Origin: a virus
Lineage: Duplodnaviria; Caudoviricetes
Virus record (IMG/VR): IMGVR_UViG_3300025889_000071
Direction: 5' to 3' (one strand)
Length of the DNA stretch: 64,000 nt
The notes below the pieces were generated by a model. The model worked only from the letters and a program-made list of their open reading frames with translations, was not told the origin of the DNA and made no database searches. Made by a program: the position numbers and the translations under genes. This document shows, piece by piece, positions 46,414 through 55,525 of the stretch. The first letter of the stretch is position 1, and every line of letters starts with the position of its first letter.

Positions 46414-48575
46414 CCGTCTCTCACGAAATCAAGTCTCAACTTGCCAAACTGCTTGCCACTGAAGACTTGGTGGTGGAGCACAAGAATGTTCAAACTGCTT
46501 GCTTCAATGTTCATACTCGTGTTCTGACTCTGCCTATGTGGGATAAGGCAAGCAATGTTGTGTACGATATGCTTGTTGGTCACGAAGTCGGTCATGCTCT
46601 TTATACTCCTGATGAGAATTGGCTAAAAGAGTATAAAATTCCTCCACAGTTTGTAAATGTGGTTGAGGATGCTCGCATTGAAAAATTGATGAAACGAAAG
46701 TATCTGGGACTTGCCAAAACTTTTTATGGTGGGTATAAAGAACTTTCTGAAAAAGATTTCTTTGAACTTGAAGGTGAAGATATCAGCAAGATGAATCTTG
46801 CTGACCGAGCAAACTTGTACTTTAAAATTGGTAACTATGTAGATATTCCTTTTGATGATTATCTTGAGATGCCAATCATTCGCATGATTGAGGGCTGCGA
46901 AACTTTTGCAGATACTTTGATTGCTGCAGAAGCTTTGTATAAGTTTTGTAAGAAAAATAAAGAAGATGAAAAACTGAATGATATTCCTACTCCTCCTCAA
47001 AATTCAGGAAATTCAAACTCTGAAGAATCTGAAGAGACGAATGAAAATCCTGGCAAATCAGAGGGCTCTGGAGATTCTGAAGAAAAGAGTGATAGTAAGA
47101 ATCCTTCAAGTGATTCTCCAGAAGTAGTTTTTCAGGATGAACCTGAAGTTTCTACTGCAAATAATCTTGAGGAAAATCTTCTCGATCTAGTAGATACGAA
47201 TCCTTTTGAGAGGGAAAATGTTTATCTGGAAATTCCTAAACTGAATTTGGAAACTGTTATTGCACCAAACTCTGAAATTCATAGTACAATTGATAATTAT
47301 TTCAATGCTTTCCAAGAAAGACTTAATGAAAAAAGACTTGAAGGTGGTAGAGAAATCTTTAATCCATTTAAAGATGTAGATTCTAATTTTGCAAAATTCA
47401 AACGTTCTGCACAAAAGGAGGTAAATTATCTTGTCAAAGAATTCGAATGTCGAAAATCTGCTGATAGTTATGCTCGTGCTTCTGTATCTCGGACTGGAGT
47501 TTTGGATTGCACTAAACTCCACACTTACAAATACAATGAAGACTTGTTCAAGAAAGTAACTACTCTTGCTGATGGTAAAAATCATGGTTTGATTTTTGTG
47601 TTGGATTGGAGTGGTTCTATGGCTCAAACTCTTTTAGACACTTGTAAGCAACTGTTTAATCTTATTTGGTTCTGTAAGAAAGTGTCTATTCCATTTGATG
47701 TGTATGCTTTCACGAATGAATGGAATCGTACATACTATGATGATGAACAGCAAAAGTATATTCCTGCATCAACCACTCCACATTATGTAAAAAAGGAAGG
47801 TCTTCTTTCTGTTGGTAGTGAGTTTTCTATGTTGAATATGCTTTCCAGCAAGTCTTCATTGAAAGAACTTGAGCATCAAATGTTAAACATTTGGAGAATT
47901 GCTTGTTATTATGGAAATGTTTATAGTTGCTATTATTCTTCTCCCGAAAGATTGAGTCTTTCAGGAACTCCTCTGAATGAATCACTTGTAGCTCTCCATG
48001 AAATTCTTCCCAAATTTCAGCAAGAAAACAAACTTCAAAAAGTTCAGTGTGTTATCTTGACTGATGGTGAGGCAAATCATCTCACTCATCATGTTGAGAT
48101 TGAAAGAAAGTGGGAAGATCAACCATATATTGGAACCCGACGAATTAATCCTAACATTACTTTTATTCGTGATCGTAAACTTGGAACTACATATAAGGTT
48201 GGATATGGTTGGCACGAATTCACTGACATTCTTCTTCGCAATTTAAAAGATAAGTTTCCCTCTGTGAATTTTATTGGCATTCGAGTTCTTGCATCTCGTG
48301 ATGTGAATAGCTTTATTCGCCTTTATCACAATTCCGATGATAAAGAATTGCAATCCATTCAAACTGATTGGAAAAAACTTAAAAGTTTTAAAATTACTAA
48401 ATCTGGATATGATGCATACTTTGGGATGTCTGCAACATCATTGGCACAAGAATGTGAATTTGATGTAAAGGAAGATGCAACAAAATCTCAAATCAAAACA
48501 GCCTTTGCTAAAAGTCTTAAGGTTAAAAAACTAAATAAAAAAGTATTAGGAGAATTTATTTCTTTAGTGTCATGA
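46410..48575 (+). CDS. HExxH metallopeptidase-like plus vWA (CobT-like) protein
   Basis: HEVGH, NVVEDARIE; MIDAS DWSGS, SGTPL, LTDGE. Confidence 0.85.
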   Translation: MTVSHEIKSQLAKLLATEDLVVEHKNVQTACFNVHTRVLTLPMWDKASNVVYDMLVGHEVGHALYTPDENWLKEYKIPPQFVNVVEDARIEKLMKRKYLGLAKTFYGGYKELSEKDFFELEGEDISKMNLADRANLYFKIGNYVDIPFDDYLEMPIIRMIEGCETFADTLIAAEALYKFCKKNKEDEKLNDIPTPPQNSGNSNSEESEETNENPGKSEGSGDSEEKSDSKNPSSDSPEVVFQDEPEVSTANNLEENLLDLVDTNPFERENVYLEIPKLNLETVIAPNSEIHSTIDNYFNAFQERLNEKRLEGGREIFNPFKDVDSNFAKFKRSAQKEVNYLVKEFECRKSADSYARASVSRTGVLDCTKLHTYKYNEDLFKKVTTLADGKNHGLIFVLDWSGSMAQTLLDTCKQLFNLIWFCKKVSIPFDVYAFTNEWNRTYYDDEQQKYIPASTTPHYVKKEGLLSVGSEFSMLNMLSSKSSLKELEHQMLNIWRIACYYGNVYSCYYSSPERLSLSGTPLNESLVALHEILPKFQQENKLQKVQCVILTDGEANHLTHHVEIERKWEDQPYIGTRRINPNITFIRDRKLGTTYKVGYGWHEFTDILLRNLKDKFPSVNFIGIRVLASRDVNSFIRLYHNSDDKELQSIQTDWKKLKSFKITKSGYDAYFGMSATSLAQECEFDVKEDATKSQIKTAFAKSLKVKKLNKKVLGEFISLVS
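48532..48537 (+). promoter_or_regulatory. Late promoter TAAATA inside the 3' end of the vWA gene
   Basis: 34 nt upstream of the 48572 ORF. Confidence 0.5.
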
Positions 48576-49132
48576 AAACTTTTCAAGAATTTATGGTAGA
48601 ATGTATTTCTATACAAGAGACATCTTTAAATAGAATTCGTTCTAAATCACAGAAAGGTGGAATGGCTATCCTCTCTGGACAAAGGGGGGATAAATCTCCT
48701 AAAGAAAATAAAGAAAGAAGTAAGAGAACTGAAAGAAGAATCCGTGGTGCCGGTCTTCCTGGCCCTACAAAAGTTTCTGGAAGATACACAGAAAATCCTG
48801 GAACACCTCAAGAAAAGAAAGTGGGTGAGAAGTCTCATGTAGTTTCTTCTGGTAAGATGGGTAAGAGGAAGTTCAAAAAGACAGTTGAGAAACTGGGTAC
48901 AGAGGCTGGACTTAAGCGTAAAAAGAATGTAAAATCAGGCTCATCCAGAGATGATCAGGATTCAGTTCTGATTCAACGCAAAAAAGGAGGATCTGCTACC
49001 CTAAAAGGAACTTCCAAAACATCTTGGCCTGGTAAGGGTAAGAATGTTAAAGTTGGGAAGATGAGACCAGGACGCACTGGTGAATTTGATACTAAAGTGA
49101 AAAACAAAACATTTACTTATGAAGAAAACTAA
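48572..49132 (+). CDS. Basic protein with capsid-targeting-like leader MKTFQEFMVE
   Basis: Lys/Arg/Gly-rich; leader resembles T4 MKTYQEFIAE. Confidence 0.7.
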   Translation: MKTFQEFMVECISIQETSLNRIRSKSQKGGMAILSGQRGDKSPKENKERSKRTERRIRGAGLPGPTKVSGRYTENPGTPQEKKVGEKSHVVSSGKMGKRKFKKTVEKLGTEAGLKRKKNVKSGSSRDDQDSVLIQRKKGGSATLKGTSKTSWPGKGKNVKVGKMRPGRTGEFDTKVKNKTFTYEEN

Positions 49133-49307
49133 ATTTCCATTTCCACATCACGTTCTTGAAGAAAAAAAAGAAGTTTGGATTCTCTGCAACAGTAGCATTA
49201 CTGCTATGGGTATTCCTACCCTTGTGAAGCAATACTATCCAGGTTACATTGGCCATATTGCAAGTGAGGAGCATTTCAAACAGATTGGTGGTCAAATAAA
49301 AAACTGA
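49119..49307 (+). CDS. Hypothetical protein
   Basis: 62-aa ORF overlapping the previous stop. Confidence 0.55.
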   Translation: MKKTKFPFPHHVLEEKKEVWILCNSSITAMGIPTLVKQYYPGYIGHIASEEHFKQIGGQIKN

Positions 49308-49346
49308 CCACTCTGCCCCCGACTCTGCCCCACTCTGCCCTATAAT
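49288..49346 (+). promoter_or_regulatory. Promoter with GTGGTCA-N10-TGACCAC dyad, three ACTCTGCCC repeats and TATAAT
   Basis: Perfect dyad 49288-49311; repeats at 49310, 49322, 49332; TATAAT at 49341-49346. Confidence 0.7.
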
Positions 49347-49375
49347 AACTTCAGTTGAAACAAACAACCCACATC

Positions 49376-50464
49376 ATGTCTCTTTCCCCCGACTACATTC
49401 GCACCTCTCTCCAGTCTCTCTATGGTGAGTCTGTAGCAAGTGGCGATATTCGTGCTTGGTGCGCGATGAATGGTGCCAACTATCAGACTGTGACCAATAA
49501 ACTATCTCAATACAAAGTTGGTCGTGGCAAGTGGAATCTGGAAGTAACTCACGAAAAGGTGGAAGAAATTGAACGCACTTATCAGGCACCTGCTGCTTTG
49601 CCTGCAATTGAACAAAACCTTATTCCTGTAAAAGATGATTCCTTCGTCCGCTTTGGTAACTTCAGCGATATTCGCAAAATTATTCAATCGAAACTGTTTT
49701 ATCCAACGTTCATTACGGGCCTTTCTGGTAACGGTAAAACGTTCTCGGTTGAACAAGCATGTGCTCAATTGGGTCGGGAACTTATCCGTGTAAACATTAC
49801 TATTGAAACTGATGAAGATGATCTTATTGGTGGTTTCCGTCTTGTTAATGGCGAAACCGTCTGGCACAATGGCCCAGTCATTGAGGCACTCGAACGAGGA
49901 GCTATCTTGCTCCTTGATGAAATCGACCTCGCTAGTAACAAAATTCTCTGTCTCCAAAGCGTTCTTGAAGGAAATGGAGTCTTCCTTAAGAAAATTGGGA
50001 AGTTTGTCCGACCCAGTGCAGGTTTCAACGTCATCGCAACCGCAAACACTAAAGGTAAAGGTTCAGACGATGGACGATTCATTGGAACTAACGTGCTCAA
50101 CGAAGCATTCCTTGAGCGATTCCCAGTAACTTTTGAGCAAGAATATCCTACTGTTGCTATTGAAACCAAGATCCTCAACAAACTCTGTGCAGATGAGAAC
50201 TTCTGCAAGCGTCTTGCTGACTGGGCTGATATCATCCGTAAGACTTTCTATGACGGTGGTATTGAGGAAATCATCAGCACTCGCCGCTTGGTTCACATTG
50301 TCAAGGCATTTAACATCTTTGAAGATAAGGCAAAGGCAATTCAAGTTTGTGTGAATCGTTTTGATGATGAAACAAAGCAGGCATTCATGGAACTGTACGA
50401 TAAGGTTGATGCAGATTTCCAAATGCCTTCCGAGGATTCTATTGACGTACAAACTTTCTCTTGA
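49376..50464 (+). CDS. cobS: MoxR/CobS-like AAA+ ATPase
   Basis: GLSGNGKT, LLLDEID, FNVIATAN, LNEAFLERF, ISTRRL. Confidence 0.92.
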   Translation: MSLSPDYIRTSLQSLYGESVASGDIRAWCAMNGANYQTVTNKLSQYKVGRGKWNLEVTHEKVEEIERTYQAPAALPAIEQNLIPVKDDSFVRFGNFSDIRKIIQSKLFYPTFITGLSGNGKTFSVEQACAQLGRELIRVNITIETDEDDLIGGFRLVNGETVWHNGPVIEALERGAILLLDEIDLASNKILCLQSVLEGNGVFLKKIGKFVRPSAGFNVIATANTKGKGSDDGRFIGTNVLNEAFLERFPVTFEQEYPTVAIETKILNKLCADENFCKRLADWADIIRKTFYDGGIEEIISTRRLVHIVKAFNIFEDKAKAIQVCVNRFDDETKQAFMELYDKVDADFQMPSEDSIDVQTFS

Positions 50465-50470
50465 TATAAT
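50442..50470 (+). promoter_or_regulatory. sigma70-like promoter TTGACG-17-TATAAT
   Basis: Near-consensus with correct spacing. Confidence 0.75.
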
Positions 50471-50498
50471 GGCAGTATATAATCATATTCTTAAACTT

Positions 50499-50930
50499 AT
50501 GAGTGAAAGAGAAGAAAGTGTTGATTCTTCATCAGAAGTTCCAACCCAAAATTATCCTGGGTTTTATCCAATTTCTGATGAAATTATCAATCCTGATAAT
50601 AGTGCCTATGAATTTTTAATCTCTAACAAAATGACTGAAAACCGCAAATACAAATATAGTGAGGATTCAATTCTTAAAGAACTAAACGATTATATTGCTG
50701 GCACATATAATCAGCACTACTCTGCCGGTGACGACAAGATTCAAACTTTGGATCTGATTGAAGCTTGTGGCGATGGTGAAGCATTTTGCCGTAGTAACAT
50801 CCTCAAGTATGCCTCTCGTTATGATAAGAAAGGCACCGCACGTCGTGACATTATGAAGATTTTGCATTATGCTGTTCTTCTAATGCATTTCAATGACAAG
50901 AATGCACAACGTGAAACTTATCCGCAATGA
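50499..50930 (+). CDS. DUF3310-like protein
   Basis: HYS...IQTLDLIE...FCRSNILKYASRYDKKG...DIMK..HY; start uncertain (50469, 50499 or 50630). Confidence 0.7.
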   Translation: MSEREESVDSSSEVPTQNYPGFYPISDEIINPDNSAYEFLISNKMTENRKYKYSEDSILKELNDYIAGTYNQHYSAGDDKIQTLDLIEACGDGEAFCRSNILKYASRYDKKGTARRDIMKILHYAVLLMHFNDKNAQRETYPQ

Positions 50931-50947
50931 AACTGAAAGAACATACA

Positions 50948-51613
50948 ATGAAACTCTCTGACAAAACTATTTCTGTTCTTAAAAATTTTTCTTCCATTAA
51001 TCAATCTATTTTGTTTAAGGAAGGGAACAAACTCCGCACCATTAGTGTGATGAAAAATATTCTTGCAGAGGCAACTGTCACTGAAGAATTTTCTAAAGAT
51101 TTTGGTATCTATGACCTCAATCAATTTTTGAATGGAATGAGTCTTCATAAAAATCCTGAACTGGATTTTAGTAATGATGGATATGTTGTCATCAAAGAAG
51201 GTAAGTCTCGTACAAAGTATTTCTTTGCTGATCCTAATGTCATTGTCACTCCTCCAGAAAAAGAAATTTCCATTCCGAGTGAAGATGTTTGTTTTGAAGT
51301 GAATACTGATCAACTTACCAATCTTCTGAAAGCAGCTGCAGTTTATCAACTTCCTGATATTTCTGCTGTAGGTGAAAATGGTGTTGTCAAACTGGTTGTT
51401 CGTGATAAGAAGAACGATACTTCTAATGACTTTTCAATTGTTGTTGGAGAAACTGTAAATGAGTTCTGTTTCAACTTCAAAGTAGAAAATATTAAAGTTC
51501 TCCCTGGAACTTATGAAGTTGTTGTTTCTCAAAAACTTCTTTCACGATTTACTTCCAAGAACCATGATTTGACATATTACATTGCACTTGAACCAGATTC
51601 TACATTCAAATAA
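50948..51613 (+). CDS. gp45: Sliding clamp gp45
   Basis: MKLSDKTISVLKNFSSINQSI, FGIYDLNQFL, YYIALE. Confidence 0.95.
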   Translation: MKLSDKTISVLKNFSSINQSILFKEGNKLRTISVMKNILAEATVTEEFSKDFGIYDLNQFLNGMSLHKNPELDFSNDGYVVIKEGKSRTKYFFADPNVIVTPPEKEISIPSEDVCFEVNTDQLTNLLKAAAVYQLPDISAVGENGVVKLVVRDKKNDTSNDFSIVVGETVNEFCFNFKVENIKVLPGTYEVVVSQKLLSRFTSKNHDLTYYIALEPDSTFK

Positions 51614-51948
51614 TGAAACACATCCTTTTCACTCTTAAAGGGTGTGATAAAAATCTTTTAAATGATGAGGCAATGATAAGAGATGTTGTCTGCATGGCAT
51701 CAGTCAAATGTAAATCAACTCTTTTGGCATTAACTTCTCATAAGTTCGAACCTCAAGGTGTAACGTGCGTTGCTATGCTTGCAGAGTCTCATATCAGTAT
51801 TCATACATGGCCTGAAAAAAATATGGCAGTATGTGACGTTTTTACTTGTGGGGACCACACCACCCCTCAAGAGGGTGTAGAATCAATGAAGATGGATCTT
51901 AAAGCAAGTGACATCATTTCTCGTGAATTTACTAGGCCTTTAGAATGA
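51613..51948 (+). CDS. speD: Pyruvoyl-dependent S-adenosylmethionine decarboxylase-like proenzyme
   Basis: HKFEPQGVT...LAESHISIHTWPE...DVFTCG. Confidence 0.92.
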   Translation: MKHILFTLKGCDKNLLNDEAMIRDVVCMASVKCKSTLLALTSHKFEPQGVTCVAMLAESHISIHTWPEKNMAVCDVFTCGDHTTPQEGVESMKMDLKASDIISREFTRPLE

Positions 51949-52472
51949 ACATCTTTGTTACTTCTCCCGATCCTTGGGAATCTGCTAGGGTTCTACCCGA
52001 CAAGCACATTGTCAAGATGCCTCTGGAGACTTGTCAGATGCTTGCTATTGTATGTTCAGACAAATGGGGACATGGATTTGGCACTCTTCCTAAAGCAGAT
52101 GGTACACCCTATGCTACAGAGAAGGGTGCTTTTCGCAATCACCCATGTACAATATGGGCTTCAGAATATGTCTTGAACTGGCAGTGGTTGCTCGCTCATG
52201 GATTTGCTCTTTGTGCAGAGTATGCTGCCCGCTACGGCAAGGTTCATACGTGCTTCCTAACCCTATGTGCTGCCCGTGAGATACTGCCCACAGGAGACCC
52301 TACAGGACGCTCTGGAAAGGAGCCAACACCATTTGCACGAGCAATGCCTGACGAGTTTAAACTTGATACAAGCATCTCGACCTTTGATGCTTATAAGATG
52401 TATATTTCATCTAAACCTTGGGTAAAAGATAATTATCTTCGGTTGCCTCATCGTAAACCAGAGTGGATTTGA
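51945..52472 (+). CDS. Pyrimidine-dimer DNA glycosylase (DenV)-related family protein
   Basis: MNIF...SA..L.DKHIVKMPLET.QML, HPCTIW, ARYGK.H. Confidence 0.6.
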   Translation: MNIFVTSPDPWESARVLPDKHIVKMPLETCQMLAIVCSDKWGHGFGTLPKADGTPYATEKGAFRNHPCTIWASEYVLNWQWLLAHGFALCAEYAARYGKVHTCFLTLCAAREILPTGDPTGRSGKEPTPFARAMPDEFKLDTSISTFDAYKMYISSKPWVKDNYLRLPHRKPEWI

Positions 52473-52497
52473 TTATGAGTGATTTTATTTGAGTGTA

Positions 52498-52959
52498 ATG
52501 AAAGAATTTGATTATGGACTTGATTACAAAACTCTGGATTTTACAGAACCCGACACCAGAAGAAAGTATCGCATTGGCAGAGGGGAGCAGGGAGTGCTTC
52601 TTGTTAGGCCTTACACTAACGATATATGCGCTCATTGGAGATTCGTAAATGAGACTGCAGCTCGCAAATCTTCTAATAAGATATACTCCATGTTCTGTGC
52701 ATATAGAGACTCTGGAGACTTCATTGGAATGGACATGTCAAGGAAATTCCTTGAGATGGGTTTTACACGCGCCCGCCGGTATGCAAATCATTCTAGTGGA
52801 AGGAAATACGCTGAAGACGGTTCAATTAGACCCCAACAGGCAGATGCACTTTCTAATGTCAAGGCGAAGGCTGCAAGAATCTTCAAAGAAGTAAGAGATA
52901 TGGCTGCATATGATCCAAAATATGTTACAATGAGAAAGGAATGGAGAGCATCTGAATGA
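52498..52959 (+). CDS. DUF4385-like protein
   Basis: YRIGRGEQGVLLVRPY...HWRF, DM.RKFLEMGFTRARRYANH. Confidence 0.75.
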   Translation: MKEFDYGLDYKTLDFTEPDTRRKYRIGRGEQGVLLVRPYTNDICAHWRFVNETAARKSSNKIYSMFCAYRDSGDFIGMDMSRKFLEMGFTRARRYANHSSGRKYAEDGSIRPQQADALSNVKAKAARIFKEVRDMAAYDPKYVTMRKEWRASE

Positions 52960-53900
52960 ATAATGATTTTATTTGGGTCGAAAAATATCGGCCACAAACT
53001 ATTGAAGAATGTATTCTCCCTGAAGCAACTAAAAAAATGTTTCAGGACTTTCTAAATAGAGGTGAGATTCCCAACATGCTACTTGCGGGACCTCCTGGTA
53101 TTGGTAAGACTACAGTAGCTAAAGCACTTTGTAATCAACTTGGAGTTGACTATTATGTCATCAATGGATCCGATGAGGGACGATTCCTCGATACTGTCAG
53201 AAACAATGCGAAAAACTTCGCTTCGACCGTCTCGCTTTCGTCAACTGCTAAACACAAAGTCATCATCATTGATGAGGCAGATAACACGTCCAATGATGTA
53301 CAACTCTGCTTACGGGCATTTATTGAGGAGTTTGCTGGCAACTGTAGATTCATCTTCACCTGCAACTACAAAAACAAAATCCTTGAACCCCTCCACTCAC
53401 GATGTGCCGTCGTTGAGTTTGGAATTAAAGGAAAAGAACGTCAGGAAATTGCCGCACAATTCTTCAAACGCATCCAACAAATCTTGGGTGCAGAAGGTAT
53501 TGAATATGATAACAAGGTCCTGGTAGAACTAATCAATAAACACTTCCCTGATTGGCGTCGTGTTCTGAATGAGTTGCAACGTTATTCAGTAAGTGGTAAA
53601 ATTGATTCTGGTATTCTCGCAACATTCTCTGATGTAGCTGTCAATGATCTTATCAAAAATCTTAGGGATAAAAACTTTGCGGAAGTACGTAAGTGGATCG
53701 TTTCTAATTTGGACAATGATACTAGCGTACTTCTCCGGCGTGTGTATGATTCTCTTTACGACTCGCTGGTTCCTGGTAGTATTCCTGCTGCTGTGCTTGT
53801 TCTCGCTAAGTATCAGTATCAAGGAGCATTTGTCGCAGACCAAGAGATAAATATGCTTGCTTGTATGACAGAACTAATGGTGGAGTGTACTTTCAAATGA
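52956..53900 (+). CDS. gp44: Clamp loader ATPase subunit gp44
   Basis: WVEKYRP, GPPGIGKT, IIDEAD, PLHSRC. Confidence 0.97.
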   Translation: MNNDFIWVEKYRPQTIEECILPEATKKMFQDFLNRGEIPNMLLAGPPGIGKTTVAKALCNQLGVDYYVINGSDEGRFLDTVRNNAKNFASTVSLSSTAKHKVIIIDEADNTSNDVQLCLRAFIEEFAGNCRFIFTCNYKNKILEPLHSRCAVVEFGIKGKERQEIAAQFFKRIQQILGAEGIEYDNKVLVELINKHFPDWRRVLNELQRYSVSGKIDSGILATFSDVAVNDLIKNLRDKNFAEVRKWIVSNLDNDTSVLLRRVYDSLYDSLVPGSIPAAVLVLAKYQYQGAFVADQEINMLACMTELMVECTFK

Positions 53901-54106
53901 AAAAAGAAAAACAAAAACTTAAGGCACAAGTTAAGTCAAGGTTTTATTACGTTTTCTGGGGTATTGCAACAATTGCTGTTGTTTCTGGGCAACTTTATGT
54001 TGGAACTGGGTATCGTGTTTTGCACAAAGATATGCGTGAGCTGCTATCAAAAGTTGATGGAGTTCTGCTACACAAATCAAATCAACTTAATCTATATTCA
54101 AAATGA
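53897..54106 (+). CDS. Small membrane protein
   Basis: FYYVFWGIATIAVV hydrophobic segment; ATGA overlap. Confidence 0.6.
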   Translation: MKKEKQKLKAQVKSRFYYVFWGIATIAVVSGQLYVGTGYRVLHKDMRELLSKVDGVLLHKSNQLNLYSK

Positions 54107-54396
54107 ACGTAAAACTTTTTCGTATTATTACTGGTGAAGAAGTAGTTGCTGAACTACTTGAAGAAAATGATACTACTGTAAAAGTGCAGAATGGTTTGGT
54201 TGTTTTGCCAACATCATCTGGAACGGTGGGTTTTGCACCATGGGCTACAGTTATTGACAGGGAAAATCCTGAAATAGAAGTATCACGCAATCATATTGTT
54301 TATATTGCTGAAGTTGATGAAAGTATCAAGAACAAGTATAATGAAGTCTATGGAAGTAAGTTAGTTACTCCAGACAAGAAGAAACTTATACTTTGA
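54103..54396 (+). CDS. Hypothetical protein (possible Sm-like fold)
   Basis: VKLFRIITGEEVVAE motif. Confidence 0.7.
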   Translation: MNVKLFRIITGEEVVAELLEENDTTVKVQNGLVVLPTSSGTVGFAPWATVIDRENPEIEVSRNHIVYIAEVDESIKNKYNEVYGSKLVTPDKKKLIL

Positions 54397-54400
54397 TATA

Positions 54401-55525
54401 ATGATAATCAGTGAAAGTGATGCCGTTTGGGCTGCGGATGAGTTCATCAAATATTTTTCACAAATGGGAAATATTGAGGACTATTTGCGTTTTGTTAAAA
54501 AGGAAGTAATCAAATCTACTAATTCTCTTGCACCTTTGCATGATGAGTTCTTCAATGAAGATATTCATCCACAAGAGATGGAGTTTGATATCAAATTTGT
54601 TGGTGCTAGATTTCAACAATCTATCCAACAAGAACACTATGTAAATCTTTTAAGAGCAGTATCTTCTCATAATAATGAGAGCAATATTCCTGGTAGGGAA
54701 CTTCGTTGGATGGTATTCGAAAAGAATACTCAAAAAGTTCTTGGATTTATTCGTTTTGGTTCTCCTACAATCAATTCCAAACCAAGAAATATTTGGTTGG
54801 GTAAAGCACCAAATCTTTCAATCTTCAATCGCCATGCAGCCATGGGATTTGTGATTGTGCCATCTCAACCGTTTGGATACAACTATCTTGGAGGTAAACT
54901 CCTAGCACTTCTCTGCTGCTCTCACTATGCCCGTGAGACACTCAATGAGGTCTTTGAGAAGGATATCGCCCTCTTTGAAACTACTTCGCTGTATGGGTCT
55001 ACTACAGATGCTTCTCAATACGATGGCCTAAAACCATTCATGAGATACAAGGGATTGACTGAAAGTAAGTTTCTGCCACTTCTTCATGATGAGGCATTTC
55101 ACAAACTTCATGACAGATTTACTTTACTCAATAACAATACTCCTCTGACAGATAATAAAGCATCATCTAAAAAGATGAAGCGTCAGACAAAGATGATTTC
55201 TATCACTCGTAACTCTCTCAAAGAGTATGGTTTGAATGAACAACTAGAGCAGTTTAATACTGTAATAAACACTGCACTTGCCCTGACACAAAAGAAGAGA
55301 ACATATTTCTGCGAGTATGGTTATTCCAATGTTCGTGAAGTAATTCTCGGTGAGCAGGATGAACTTGTGCTTGGCCCTAACTGGGATAAGTTCTATCTTG
55401 AGAACATCATTGCTTGGTGGAAAAAGAAAGCAACCAAGCGATATGAAAAACTTAAGGCAGAAGATAGGTTCAGAACTAAAGTCGAACTCTGGACAGATGA
55501 TGATGACATTCAAATTATTCGCTGA
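54401..55525 (+). CDS. DUF4338 / DruA-like protein
   Basis: PGRELRWMV.E..T.KVLGFIRFGSP, IVPSQPFGYNYLGGKLLALL, FETTSLYG. Confidence 0.6.
   Translation: MIISESDAVWAADEFIKYFSQMGNIEDYLRFVKKEVIKSTNSLAPLHDEFFNEDIHPQEMEFDIKFVGARFQQSIQQEHYVNLLRAVSSHNNESNIPGRELRWMVFEKNTQKVLGFIRFGSPTINSKPRNIWLGKAPNLSIFNRHAAMGFVIVPSQPFGYNYLGGKLLALLCCSHYARETLNEVFEKDIALFETTSLYGSTTDASQYDGLKPFMRYKGLTESKFLPLLHDEAFHKLHDRFTLLNNNTPLTDNKASSKKMKRQTKMISITRNSLKEYGLNEQLEQFNTVINTALALTQKKRTYFCEYGYSNVREVILGEQDELVLGPNWDKFYLENIIAWWKKKATKRYEKLKAEDRFRTKVELWTDDDDIQIIR

Noticed and set aside
49376-50464. cobS as evidence of phage cobalamin biosynthesis
   Set aside because: No CobN or other cob genes in the window; the MoxR-type ATPase with a vWA partner has broader chaperone roles.
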